A DNA stretch of 64,000 bases, from the IMG/VR virus record IMGVR_UViG_3300025009_000052; one strand, given 5' to 3'. The first letter of the stretch is position 1. Each line of letters starts with the position of its first letter. Under the pieces are notes generated by a model. That model did not search any database and had not been told where the DNA came from. It was given only the letters and a program-made list of their open reading frames with translations. Source of the DNA: a virus. The position numbers and the translations under genes are program-made. Below, piece by piece: positions 36,901 to 45,931 of this stretch.

Positions 36901-39900
36901 AGTTTATATAGAAAAGCATTAACCAACAATAGTATGTCAGTTAATGCCGATAGCTTTAGGGCTTACGATATAGATTCTGGATTAACAGAAACGTTTGATA
37001 CTTATTTTGGATCGTCCTATAGTTTTAATAACTATAAAGTATTTATGAAAGCTAAGAATGTAATTGATCCAAATTCTTCTACCGACGAAGACGCTATTCT
37101 GTACAGGGCTGCTATTTGGGGACGAGGTGGAGAAAAATACAATATAGGATATACCTATCCAACGGCAAATAATTTAGGAATTAGCCATACGATAGTTATT
37201 TCCGATTTGGTTAGGATTAGATTGTCATTAAAATCTGGTTCGGCGGTTCCGAATACTATTGATGGAACTACACAATGGGATATTACGATAACCGCAAATA
37301 CCCCAGTAGCCGGTGTAGAAGAGGTCACATACACTTATAATAGTGTCGGGACAAATCCTAGTATGAATTCACTAGTGGCTGGTAATTACGTTACAATCAA
37401 TACTAATGGTGATTTTAGTGTTGAAAATACAGGTACATTTAGAATAAGTTCTGCTACTTCAAGTTCTTTTACGGTCAGACGACCTAGTGGTTCTGCTGTG
37501 GCGGAAAATAATATTGCAACTTTAGAAAATAACACCATATCTTTATTTGAAGATTCCGATACGACAGCACAAGAATTGGTAGATTACGTTACGGCTAATT
37601 TGAGTGATTTTATAATCGCTTCTGTAATTGGAGATAATGGAACTACGGGAGCTGGTGTTATAGATTTAAGTACATACGAAGATAATTCGTTTGTAGTTAA
37701 TACAGACGGAATATCGTTACTGGACGGTATAAATTGGATATTAGAAAGTGATGTGGACGCTGTGGCCCCTGCTGCTAATTTTACATTTAAAAACTCTCTT
37801 TCTTTACCAAATTATAATACTAACACAGCTAATGCCTATGTTTTTAACGATGGTGAAGATCTTAGGTTAGTACCTACCACATCTAAACAAGTAGTTGATT
37901 TAATATCAACACTAGTTGTTTCTGGGTTTTCAACTTTAGGTAAAATATCAACTACTGATATGGAAACTAAATTACAACTAGCTTCGTTAATATTAGGCTC
38001 TAACGGTTCTTTACAAATAACTGGTGGAAGCGCTAATAAGGCTGAGGGGTCTTTTCTAAGTTCAAGTACTTCAATTCCTAATACTAATTATATCAGATCA
38101 AGTATAAGTAGGTCGGCAGCATCGGGTCTCCATGCCGGTCAGTGGATAAAATTAATAGCTACCTATTCTCAGAAGAAAGATTTGGGAATTAGTACGACTA
38201 CTAATGTTACTATTACTCCCAATGTTCCAACCGCTGGTCAATCAAAAGTTGAATTTGGAAATAGAGAAAATTATGATTTATATTTTGGCCAACCTAGAAA
38301 CCATATTCGAGATGAGGGAAGGGCATTTCATGTTGAAAAACATGGATCTTTGGTTTGTATCTCTTGGGATGGAATAACGGGTAGCGCACCTGTATTTACA
38401 AAATCTGTAGAAATAAACGCCGATAATGGTGGTATTTCAGTTAATTACGATAATGAAACTGGATATACTAGCTATACAGTAGAAAGCGGTAGTAGAAATT
38501 TCCTAGAAGCCATGTCAGAAGATACAATTGTAATTCAAAATATGGCCGATACTACTAATAATGGCACATTTAAAGTAGTTGGAGTTTCTGACGACGGCAA
38601 CACTATCGTTACCGATAACGCATATGGCGTAGATGCAGCTTCGGCTATTGTTAATTCAGCTAATATTACTATAAGTACCGCTATAAAAGAAGGTGATAAT
38701 GTTGAAATCGGATCTCCTTTTGCTGCGGTAAATCAAGGTATTTTTAGGGTTATTAGAAAATACGAAAATAGTATTTACATTGATAATCCCTCTGCTGGTG
38801 AAGAAAGAGTTGTAGTTTCGTCTAATTTCCACCCAATTACAATAGATTCATCCACCGAGTTTGATATTGTAACTACTAATGATATGAGAATTGAGTGGAA
38901 TGGAAATGGGGTTGAACCTGATTTTTCTGTGGTAAATCTCGGGGATATCGTTGAGGTTGGAACTACTTTCGATGTCGATAATCAGGGTAAATTTATGGTT
39001 ACTAAAATCGGAGACAACTGGATAGAATGCTGCAATGCATTAGCTGTATCTGAAACAGGAATTACCGTATCTGGAGTTGGTGCAGATATCTTAAGGATTC
39101 ACCAACCTGCATTAAAATTCCATCCTTATGAAAACACAGTAGAAGGGGATAAATTAGTCATTTCAGGAACTGTGTTAACCGAAGCTAATCGAGGAACATA
39201 TTCAATTGTAAAAATATTGGATAAAAATTCTATAATAGTTGGAAATATTTTAACTAGTCAATCAAGCGTTCCATTAGCTTCTAAACATACCCAAGTGTAT
39301 GTGGAAGAGTTAGAACCATATGTGGGATATAAAAAGATTTATACTATGGCTGTTGATCCGTCAAATTCTAATCGATATGTGTTAGTTTTTGATTCTAACG
39401 AACAAGTAAGTAAGATTAATAAAGATTCCGGCGCTGTTATTTTTGAAGCAATGGGAAAACTTAATTTTTCTGAAAGTATTGTTAAAGGATTAGATTCATA
39501 CAGATACCACACTGGATTAATATCAGAAGCTAATAAGATTGTATATGGCGAGCCTAGAGATAGCATTACATATCCTGGCGTTGCTGCTGCTGGGGCTGAA
39601 ATCTTTATTAAACCACCTCTTAAGAGAAGGATTGAAGTTTCTATCAACGTTCGAGTTCAAACTGGTATCCCATTTAATAGGATTGTGGAGCAAGTTAGAA
39701 ATAATATTGCCGCATTAATTAATGGATCTCCAATTGGCCAGTCTATAGCTATTTCTGACATTATATCTACAGTAAATAGTATACCTGGAACTAAAGCCGT
39801 ATCTATTACATCCCCATCCTATAGTCCTGCAAACGATGTGATTGTAATTAATGCTGCTGAAAAACCATTTATTTTAGACATTGTTAATGATATTACAGTA

Positions 39901-39918
39901 GCAAAGGTTGGCGCTTAA
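33958..39918 (+). CDS. Giant baseplate J-like wedge protein
   Basis: N-terminal J motifs (ATGKVT, AQEPGTDSNI, GKNEETDEEIRNR) and C-terminal J-like region around a ~1500-aa repeat-containing insert. Confidence 0.85.
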   Translation: MANVPLPKSYNQILGEMLASYMGKIGVNDVNVGGAMVSFFECMAQAIYRSSGDTFAILRDFSVDRARAEALKRLAKEERVLPIPAQVATGKVTVSDTRYTKIATKIYAGSNPPTVGSIVIKVSDASLFTPTGAIYIGRGTPNIEGPISYTSIVAVGSFYEINLSSATTKYHNISESVILAQGGTRNIPIGTTVKTRTLGSSPVVSFTTTQAAIILDGEVEIANVSVAAQEPGTDSNIPRGAIVEFASVPFEGASVTNPNPFTTGKNEETDEEIRNRIKKSRSSKGLGTTIAVKNSVLGAQSDDDNSIVTSNEMFSDGENTTLYIDNGEGYEEKDAGVGVEYIVDSALGGETHFQLATGGSQTSVRKAFLESTEISPFSVSETDRLAVLIGGALSEHVFNIGDFKNNGYATAYEIVASINADPELTFVAQTSNNGTKVVITSKNEDNEYLQITDPTTGTDSAIALGFQRDEVQTLRLYKNKEALSRSGRSASVESENQTDWSNTLVSGESLILKVDGTQFITYIITDADFIAEGTHASLAKTNNLQSWINVFNSKLIGVTATINGTRIILASNLGNKSRASLEIDSSSTLVVKGMFSQSNGLTAQGREADFIFSRNTAQFKLTHALSVGDSLTAGTEFTQASVSSSKILGGNVTLSNDAYLWLLIDKPNTIINHGVVADSIVHLTKEVNNTIRIRSQVTDAFSGVLEGDYIVLWSDEFNPENRIEGRVCSVGTQIVSNDYIELRLTASEYAATSDQSTIVFSEGLVIVRSQYAPQKIKMSAGSYDINTIASTLSSTLEGGYFSVENDEYLIITSKNMGLDGSITIVAINEAAKGLNFTLSDSSQSITSHFAFNDSEGYNNEFPIFIHSSVSADESADVPNSFLSDFTSTTNLSTLGVDPNEIVCMLHPYLFSGSEIKDNSSYNECVQIKDLTGAVVDINQNNIMRRLRVNDRYFLANPLDFSYNDSLITILDNDPSTKTFPISLYRKALTNNSMSVNADSFRAYDIDSGLTETFDTYFGSSYSFNNYKVFMKAKNVIDPNSSTDEDAILYRAAIWGRGGEKYNIGYTYPTANNLGISHTIVISDLVRIRLSLKSGSAVPNTIDGTTQWDITITANTPVAGVEEVTYTYNSVGTNPSMNSLVAGNYVTINTNGDFSVENTGTFRISSATSSSFTVRRPSGSAVAENNIATLENNTISLFEDSDTTAQELVDYVTANLSDFIIASVIGDNGTTGAGVIDLSTYEDNSFVVNTDGISLLDGINWILESDVDAVAPAANFTFKNSLSLPNYNTNTANAYVFNDGEDLRLVPTTSKQVVDLISTLVVSGFSTLGKISTTDMETKLQLASLILGSNGSLQITGGSANKAEGSFLSSSTSIPNTNYIRSSISRSAASGLHAGQWIKLIATYSQKKDLGISTTTNVTITPNVPTAGQSKVEFGNRENYDLYFGQPRNHIRDEGRAFHVEKHGSLVCISWDGITGSAPVFTKSVEINADNGGISVNYDNETGYTSYTVESGSRNFLEAMSEDTIVIQNMADTTNNGTFKVVGVSDDGNTIVTDNAYGVDAASAIVNSANITISTAIKEGDNVEIGSPFAAVNQGIFRVIRKYENSIYIDNPSAGEERVVVSSNFHPITIDSSTEFDIVTTNDMRIEWNGNGVEPDFSVVNLGDIVEVGTTFDVDNQGKFMVTKIGDNWIECCNALAVSETGITVSGVGADILRIHQPALKFHPYENTVEGDKLVISGTVLTEANRGTYSIVKILDKNSIIVGNILTSQSSVPLASKHTQVYVEELEPYVGYKKIYTMAVDPSNSNRYVLVFDSNEQVSKINKDSGAVIFEAMGKLNFSESIVKGLDSYRYHTGLISEANKIVYGEPRDSITYPGVAAAGAEIFIKPPLKRRIEVSINVRVQTGIPFNRIVEQVRNNIAALINGSPIGQSIAISDIISTVNSIPGTKAVSITSPSYSPANDVIVINAAEKPFILDIVNDITVAKVGA

Positions 39919-41537
39919 TGAGCAATCATCAAAGTAATTCAGAACAAAAGAAAAGACTGAGAAGTTATCTTAACCCTGCAATTCGAGGTCCACGAACAGA
40001 TAGTGTGTTAGAGGCGCTATCTATAGGTGCTTCTCATTTAATCTCTAATATAGAAGCTGTTAATGATATGTTATATATTGTTACTGCTGTGGATAAGTAT
40101 TTGGATGCCAGAATGGCAGATAGAGATCTTACTAGGCCAGACAATGTAGGACTATCCGATGAGGTATTTAGAGAGTTAGGTATTGAAGTTTCAAATAGGA
40201 AACAAGTAAGAGACCTGATAGGAAATATTTTAAATATTATGTATGGGGATGAATTTACCAAGGCTACTTTGTTTTCTAATGAATTTGAACCTTACGCTTT
40301 AGAAGACGGAGATACTTTAAAAATTCAATTTGACGACGGCGAAGTAGTAGAGGTGATTTTTGACGCTTCTCAGTTTACCAATATTTCGGCAGCTACAGCC
40401 CAGGAAGTCGCAGACGCTATAACTAAAAGCTTGAGAAAATTAGGACGTACCGGTTCCGCAATATCTAGAAATGATGGTTCTGGAGCATATGTTGTTTTAA
40501 TGTCAGAAACCATAGGCCCGTCTTCAACCATAAGAGTATTCGGAGGTAAGGCCCAGAATTCATTGAAGTTTCCAGCAATAAGACCGACGGCTGGAGTTGC
40601 ATTAACACAATGGACATTATCTTTAGTATCTGGGGGTAAAATAAGGGCTACTTGGTCAGGCGGTCCTAATCCTTTTATTGGTAAAGTTAAAAAAGATGAC
40701 TATGTTAATATATACGGGACTTCTTTTAATCTCTTAAATAGAGGGACATTTACAATATCTGCTGTTAATGGTGGATTAGTTACCGAAGCTTATGTAGAGT
40801 TTGAAAATCCAAATGGAATAGCTGAAACAATATTGCAAGGAAACGATACTGCTATTTTGTTTTATCAACCACAAAGAGCAACGTTAGCGTCAAACTTTAC
40901 TTATGCGGCTGCTTACCAAACAGAATCTAGACTGTTAGAGATATTTATGCCGGCAACTACTAAGGTAATTCGTCGAAATAGAAAAGGAGCCGCACATCTT
41001 CATGAGTCTGGTTCTTCAAATTTAGACGATACCTTTGGGCCATATTTATATGACGAAAGTAAGCCATATTTAATAGGCGGGGAAGAGTGTAATTCAACTA
41101 TATTGGTTGACTCCAATACAGAATTAATCGTTACGGTTGACGACTCGTCTCAGTTTCCTGACGATCAGGGTCATTTGATATTTGGATTTGGTACTAGTAA
41201 AGAAGAGGGCCCAGTTCCTTATATTTCTAGACCTTCAAATAACAGCTTAATGATCAACCCATCCTATAGATTTCAAAATGTACATCCAATTGGAACAAAT
41301 ATATCTTTAGTTTCACAAGATTACTCATATACTGTTACTAAAAATGGTGAGGATTATCCATTTTATTTAACCGATGTGGTGTCTGGCAGGTTATATGCTG
41401 AGGATTTAATAAATACAGTAGCGGCTACCGGTATCAATGTTGTAATTACGATTTTGTACCCGAACGACATCGGGTTAGGTAAGTGGAATACAGAGAATTC
41501 AGAAAAATACTGGGTTTGGGGCGAAGATTTAGAATAA
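39918..41537 (+). CDS. Baseplate wedge (gpI/gp7-like) protein
   Basis: Follows J with TAATG overlap; TA..KYLD...RP...LSDEVFR motif; shares insert domains with the J protein. Confidence 0.65.
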   Translation: MSNHQSNSEQKKRLRSYLNPAIRGPRTDSVLEALSIGASHLISNIEAVNDMLYIVTAVDKYLDARMADRDLTRPDNVGLSDEVFRELGIEVSNRKQVRDLIGNILNIMYGDEFTKATLFSNEFEPYALEDGDTLKIQFDDGEVVEVIFDASQFTNISAATAQEVADAITKSLRKLGRTGSAISRNDGSGAYVVLMSETIGPSSTIRVFGGKAQNSLKFPAIRPTAGVALTQWTLSLVSGGKIRATWSGGPNPFIGKVKKDDYVNIYGTSFNLLNRGTFTISAVNGGLVTEAYVEFENPNGIAETILQGNDTAILFYQPQRATLASNFTYAAAYQTESRLLEIFMPATTKVIRRNRKGAAHLHESGSSNLDDTFGPYLYDESKPYLIGGEECNSTILVDSNTELIVTVDDSSQFPDDQGHLIFGFGTSKEEGPVPYISRPSNNSLMINPSYRFQNVHPIGTNISLVSQDYSYTVTKNGEDYPFYLTDVVSGRLYAEDLINTVAATGINVVITILYPNDIGLGKWNTENSEKYWVWGEDLE

Positions 41538-41547
41538 GGAGAATTTA

Positions 41548-41973
41548 ATGACTCAATCAGTGACCATGAAAGGGGTTGATATTAAGCTTTATATAGGTGG
41601 TAAAGTTTATCCATGCGCCCAAGAGATCAGATATACGATAGATTACGGTGAAAGTGAAATTTATGGTATTGACAGTGCTTTTCCGATGGAAATTGTGACT
41701 ACTAAAGTAAGCATTCAAGGTACTATTTCTGGTGTTAAATTAAAGTCTGTTGGTGGACTACAAGGGTATGATCTTAGAACTAAAATTCAAGATATTTTAC
41801 ATGCGCCCTATGTTTCTTTGAGGATCAAAGATAGACACACTGATTCGGATATTTTATGGATACCTCAAATGAAAGTAACAAGTGAACAACTTCAAGTTGT
41901 TGCCAAGGGCGTTGTAAAATTAAGCTTTAATTTCAAGGGTATAATACCATATAATGAGTTAGATTTACACTAA
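41548..41973 (+). CDS. Tail-tube-fold protein (tube initiator-like)
   Basis: 141 aa, all-beta; IKLYIGG...IYGIDS..P.EI pattern of tube proteins. Confidence 0.55.
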   Translation: MTQSVTMKGVDIKLYIGGKVYPCAQEIRYTIDYGESEIYGIDSAFPMEIVTTKVSIQGTISGVKLKSVGGLQGYDLRTKIQDILHAPYVSLRIKDRHTDSDILWIPQMKVTSEQLQVVAKGVVKLSFNFKGIIPYNELDLH

Positions 41974-41993
41974 TTTATAATTAAAATAATAAC

Positions 41994-42001
41994 AATCTTT
42001 A
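41994..42001 (+). promoter_or_regulatory. Putative late promoter motif AATCTTTA
   Basis: Intergenic, about 35 nt before ATG 42036; part of the palindrome ATCTTTAAAGAT. Confidence 0.55.
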
Positions 42002-42035
42002 AAGATATATCTACCTAAATAATTAAGAGGATAAG

Positions 42036-45000
42036 ATGGCTGTTAGACGAAGATTTAATGTAATTAATCAGATGCGTTGGGACGTTCCTCATATGAGATC
42101 TATAGAATCAGCAGTTTCTAATGATTTCGATGAGTTACTTAGTTCGTTAGTTTTAGGTGAAAGCCAATCCTATATTGCCAGAGGTTTTGAAATCAATATG
42201 GTAGGTGCGGTGGGAGCATCTGCTAATGGACTACAGTTAATTGTAGAAAATAGTTCTGTATTACATGGTAAGTCAACAGTATCGGGTACTTTTTTGATGG
42301 TTCCAGACGGAACAGCTAATGAAATTCTTAATTCTACAGTAAATGAAAAGGTAGATGGTAGTTTTACCCCCAGTTCTCTAAACTATATTGGTTTAGAATA
42401 TAGTCGAGCTGTAGACGACACAACCCTGTCTCAAGTATATTTATGGAACCCAACTTCACAAACTGAAACTACTAAAACCCTTCCCTTAGCTCAGATTTTA
42501 AACTACACAATAGTTATCACATCCTCTATATATGCTAGTAACGTACTACCAATAGCTATTGTTGAGACAGATAGTGCAAATAATGTCTTAAGTGTTATTG
42601 ATCAAAGACCTATGTTATTTAGATTAGGCACTGCTGGGGTTAATACTCCAAATCCTGATTATGAATATCCTTGGACCAACCATACAGAAGGTAGAACGGA
42701 AAATCATTGGCAATCATCCTCTTCAACCTCTCCATTTAGGGGCGGCGATAAGCAAATTATGTCATTAAAAGAGTGGATGGACGCTATAATGACAGAGTTT
42801 AAATTAATTAAGGGAACTCCAAGATGGAACACCCTAACAAGTAATATCAGTATAGATGATTTATATGCTGATTTGGCAAATTTAAAAATGACCGGTAGGG
42901 GTTCTTTTTTTCATAGCGAATCTGTTGCTGGCCAGATCAACTGGGATAGAGATTTTTATTTAAGATTAATTGGAAGTAGATTAAGCTTTAGAGTTTTAGC
43001 TAATTTAACCTCTAACCACATAACATTAGCCGACGGCGAAGTTGCTTATTTAGAGTTAGAAAGAGATGTTGAGATAACACCTAATTTAATATTTACTAAT
43101 GGAAGTGCTGTAGTTTCTTCTGTGGGCGCCGTTTCTTGGACCAATAACGTAACTGCTGGTGATTTTATTAAGTTAGGTTCGGCAAATAAATCAAAATACT
43201 ACCAAATATTGACGGTAGATTCTGTTTCTCAAGTTACACTAACTGTTAATTATCAAGAATTATCAACCGGATCTGCTGGTGATAATGCTGTTTATACTTG
43301 GGGTTGGTACGAAACAAGTGCTTCTCCCTCAACAAAAAGACATATTAAAATAGCCGATAGAGAAGATGTTCCTTTTGATGGCAATGTTTATTGGTTATTT
43401 TTTAGAGACGATAATGGGGCCAGTATTGCTAAGATTTATATTAGAATGGGTGGGGGCTCTGGAGAATTAGAGCAAGGTGAAAGCGTTCAAATTAGTGATG
43501 AAGTTCCACAAGCTTTATTGGACTATATTGGTTCTAGAAGTGAAAGCGATAGTGACCCAAATTATTCTGGTTCGGTTAATATTAAAGAAGTTACCGAAGT
43601 AGAATTTGATGCACAATCTAAAATAGCTGCTGGTCAATATTGGTTGATTGAATCTGCTGGTGGAACTCAGTATTATGTTTGGTATACCTTTAATAGTGTT
43701 GGTGTGGATCCAGCAATAGTAGGTAGAACAGGTGTTCAAGTTGATTTATCTGCAAGTGGAGATACTGAAAATCAAGTTGCTACTAAGACTCAATTAGTAA
43801 TAGAAGCCCTAGCTGATTTTACTGCAACTGTAAGTAATAACGTAGTTACAATAGAAGATGCAAATAATGGAACACCTGCCGATGCAAGTAATGGAAATAT
43901 GGGCGGGGCATTTTACATTACAATTCCTACGGAAGGAGATGTAAGTACTAAATTTAATCAACAAAATTATAACACCATCGAAGGTGAGAATCTAACACGA
44001 AGGGCGGCAAGATTGACGGCTATGATGGCCGATAAAGCCCAAGATAAAACTATTGGCTTTACTCCAGATTATAAGTCTTGCGCTAAGGCAACGAATGGAG
44101 CAAATCAAGAAATCGGTTTTGCTAATACAGATGAAGATGGTAACGTAACTACTCCATATCTTTATATTTCCATTCCAAGTTCATCCAACAATATGACAAT
44201 TGAATTAACTAACGGTCCAGTGTCGTTAGCCGTAAATCAAGTTGCTTATTTTACGATAGATAGAAACGCATCGTCATCTATCGATTTATCAAATTTAACA
44301 ATTGTTAGTATTGGATCTTGCCCATTAAATGAAAATGTTTTTATATTTGCCTATAGACTTGCAGATACTACAGTTTGGTTGTGGGATGGTCAGGAATTAA
44401 TAGATGGTGATAATCCAAGTTTAAGCGCATTTTCTGAAGTTTTGGCTTCTAATGCTTACCAAGAACCTATATATATTATAGCGGGAGCTCCCTCTACCGA
44501 TAATGAATTGACCGGGCCTATAAGTGCCGGTACAGCTATTACCTTACCAGATGACTCCAGAGATAGTGGAAGCCCACAAGGTTATGTAGTTGGAAAGGGC
44601 GTTTTAGATGTTTACTTAAATGGAATACCATTATTAAATGGGGTTGACTTTATAGAATTAGGTCCTGTAGGTTCTGCTAATAATCAATTCCAAATAGACA
44701 TTGATTTAGTAATCGGAGACATATTAGATATTAGAATTAAAGTTAATGGTGGCTATACCGGTGTTGGAACTCTATCGAGTGGTGAGAGCAATGCTGGTGT
44801 AAATGTTGGTACTGGGGCAGAGGTTTACCAAACCAAGTCTGGTGTGAATTTATTATTTAGAACGTTAGTGTCGGGTGCAAATATAATCATTACTGAAAAT
44901 ACCAATGAGATAGTTATTGCGGCAAGTGGCAGTACTTCTAAAAATGTACAACATATTAATAGCGCCGATTATGTAATTACAGATATTGATGGTTACGATG

Positions 45001-45248
45001 TATTATTGGTAACGACTGGGGCAAGTGATAGGTTGATGACGCTACCTACCGCTAGTGCAAATAATGGTCGTACCATAGTGGTCAAAAAAATCGATGCTGG
45101 AATTGGCTATGTAAGGATAAGAGCTGAGGGTGCTGAGGCGATAGACGACATGGTAGGCGCCACATACAACTCGGCCGTAAACGAAATTCAGGCACAGTGG
45201 TCATCCTTCACATACGTATGCGATGGATTTAATTGGTTTATTATATAG
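42036..45248 (+). CDS. Large tail fibre/baseplate-attachment structural protein
   Basis: 1070 aa, Ser/Thr/Gly/Val-rich; C-terminal TLPTA...GRTIVVKK...DG.NW fibre-type domain. Confidence 0.7.
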   Translation: MAVRRRFNVINQMRWDVPHMRSIESAVSNDFDELLSSLVLGESQSYIARGFEINMVGAVGASANGLQLIVENSSVLHGKSTVSGTFLMVPDGTANEILNSTVNEKVDGSFTPSSLNYIGLEYSRAVDDTTLSQVYLWNPTSQTETTKTLPLAQILNYTIVITSSIYASNVLPIAIVETDSANNVLSVIDQRPMLFRLGTAGVNTPNPDYEYPWTNHTEGRTENHWQSSSSTSPFRGGDKQIMSLKEWMDAIMTEFKLIKGTPRWNTLTSNISIDDLYADLANLKMTGRGSFFHSESVAGQINWDRDFYLRLIGSRLSFRVLANLTSNHITLADGEVAYLELERDVEITPNLIFTNGSAVVSSVGAVSWTNNVTAGDFIKLGSANKSKYYQILTVDSVSQVTLTVNYQELSTGSAGDNAVYTWGWYETSASPSTKRHIKIADREDVPFDGNVYWLFFRDDNGASIAKIYIRMGGGSGELEQGESVQISDEVPQALLDYIGSRSESDSDPNYSGSVNIKEVTEVEFDAQSKIAAGQYWLIESAGGTQYYVWYTFNSVGVDPAIVGRTGVQVDLSASGDTENQVATKTQLVIEALADFTATVSNNVVTIEDANNGTPADASNGNMGGAFYITIPTEGDVSTKFNQQNYNTIEGENLTRRAARLTAMMADKAQDKTIGFTPDYKSCAKATNGANQEIGFANTDEDGNVTTPYLYISIPSSSNNMTIELTNGPVSLAVNQVAYFTIDRNASSSIDLSNLTIVSIGSCPLNENVFIFAYRLADTTVWLWDGQELIDGDNPSLSAFSEVLASNAYQEPIYIIAGAPSTDNELTGPISAGTAITLPDDSRDSGSPQGYVVGKGVLDVYLNGIPLLNGVDFIELGPVGSANNQFQIDIDLVIGDILDIRIKVNGGYTGVGTLSSGESNAGVNVGTGAEVYQTKSGVNLLFRTLVSGANIIITENTNEIVIAASGSTSKNVQHINSADYVITDIDGYDVLLVTTGASDRLMTLPTASANNGRTIVVKKIDAGIGYVRIRAEGAEAIDDMVGATYNSAVNEIQAQWSSFTYVCDGFNWFII

Positions 45249-45257
45249 GAATTAATT

Positions 45258-45701
45258 ATGACATATTCAAGAAGTTTAGCGGGATCAATCAGTACAGCAC
45301 CACAAGGTGACGAAGGTTTGAACTCTACAGGTAGTTCCTTAAACAAAGCTACTCCCGTATCTATTAATCATACTTCTGGTGAGGTCGATATAATTGACGT
45401 TTCAAATGAAGCAAGTGCCAGAGCTTCCTTCGCTGTAGTTAGAGAAGATTCGGCAGATGGACAACCAGTAGAATATATTTCCAATGGAAGATTAAAAGAC
45501 GTTTCCCTTTCTTTTGATTATAGCGATGTTATCTATGTTTCTAAATTGGGCTCGTTAACAAATATTGCACCTTCCGTTGGTGTTGGTGGTTTTGTGTCTG
45601 GTGATTTTATTGTTAGGGTAGGAATAATAGCTAAAAATTTAAGTGACCCATTAAAAAAGGATTTAGTAATAGATATGGAAGTTGAAGGTCAATTGGAGTA
45701 A
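45258..45701 (+). CDS. Virion structural protein (cement/fibre-associated fold)
   Basis: Similar to the C-terminal domain of 45932 and an internal domain of 50107. Confidence 0.55.
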   Translation: MTYSRSLAGSISTAPQGDEGLNSTGSSLNKATPVSINHTSGEVDIIDVSNEASARASFAVVREDSADGQPVEYISNGRLKDVSLSFDYSDVIYVSKLGSLTNIAPSVGVGGFVSGDFIVRVGIIAKNLSDPLKKDLVIDMEVEGQLE

Positions 45702-45703
45702 AT

Positions 45704-45892
45704 ATGGAAAGAGTAAGGAAAGTAAGTGAAGAACAATTATCTAAAATGAGCGAAGAGCAGCTTCAACTGATTGAAGAAAAATTAGGTGGAAGAATTAGAG
45801 AATTGATAGACTCTACCGTTACAGAAGCAAATAAATTATTAGACATTTATGGATTAAAAGTAAGGATGCAGTTTCTCATAGAAGAAAAATAA
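45704..45892 (+). CDS. Small hypothetical protein (possible fibre chaperone)
   Basis: GGAG SD; helical. Confidence 0.6.
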   Translation: MERVRKVSEEQLSKMSEEQLQLIEEKLGGRIRELIDSTVTEANKLLDIYGLKVRMQFLIEEK

Positions 45893-45931
45893 AAATAACA
45901 TAATTACAATGACGTAATTACAGGAGGTTAT

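Noticed and set aside
45901-45920. TAATTAC-N6-GTAATTA hairpin just before the SD of 45932
   Set aside because: Weak AT-rich 7-bp stem that does not cover the SD; not enough to call a regulator
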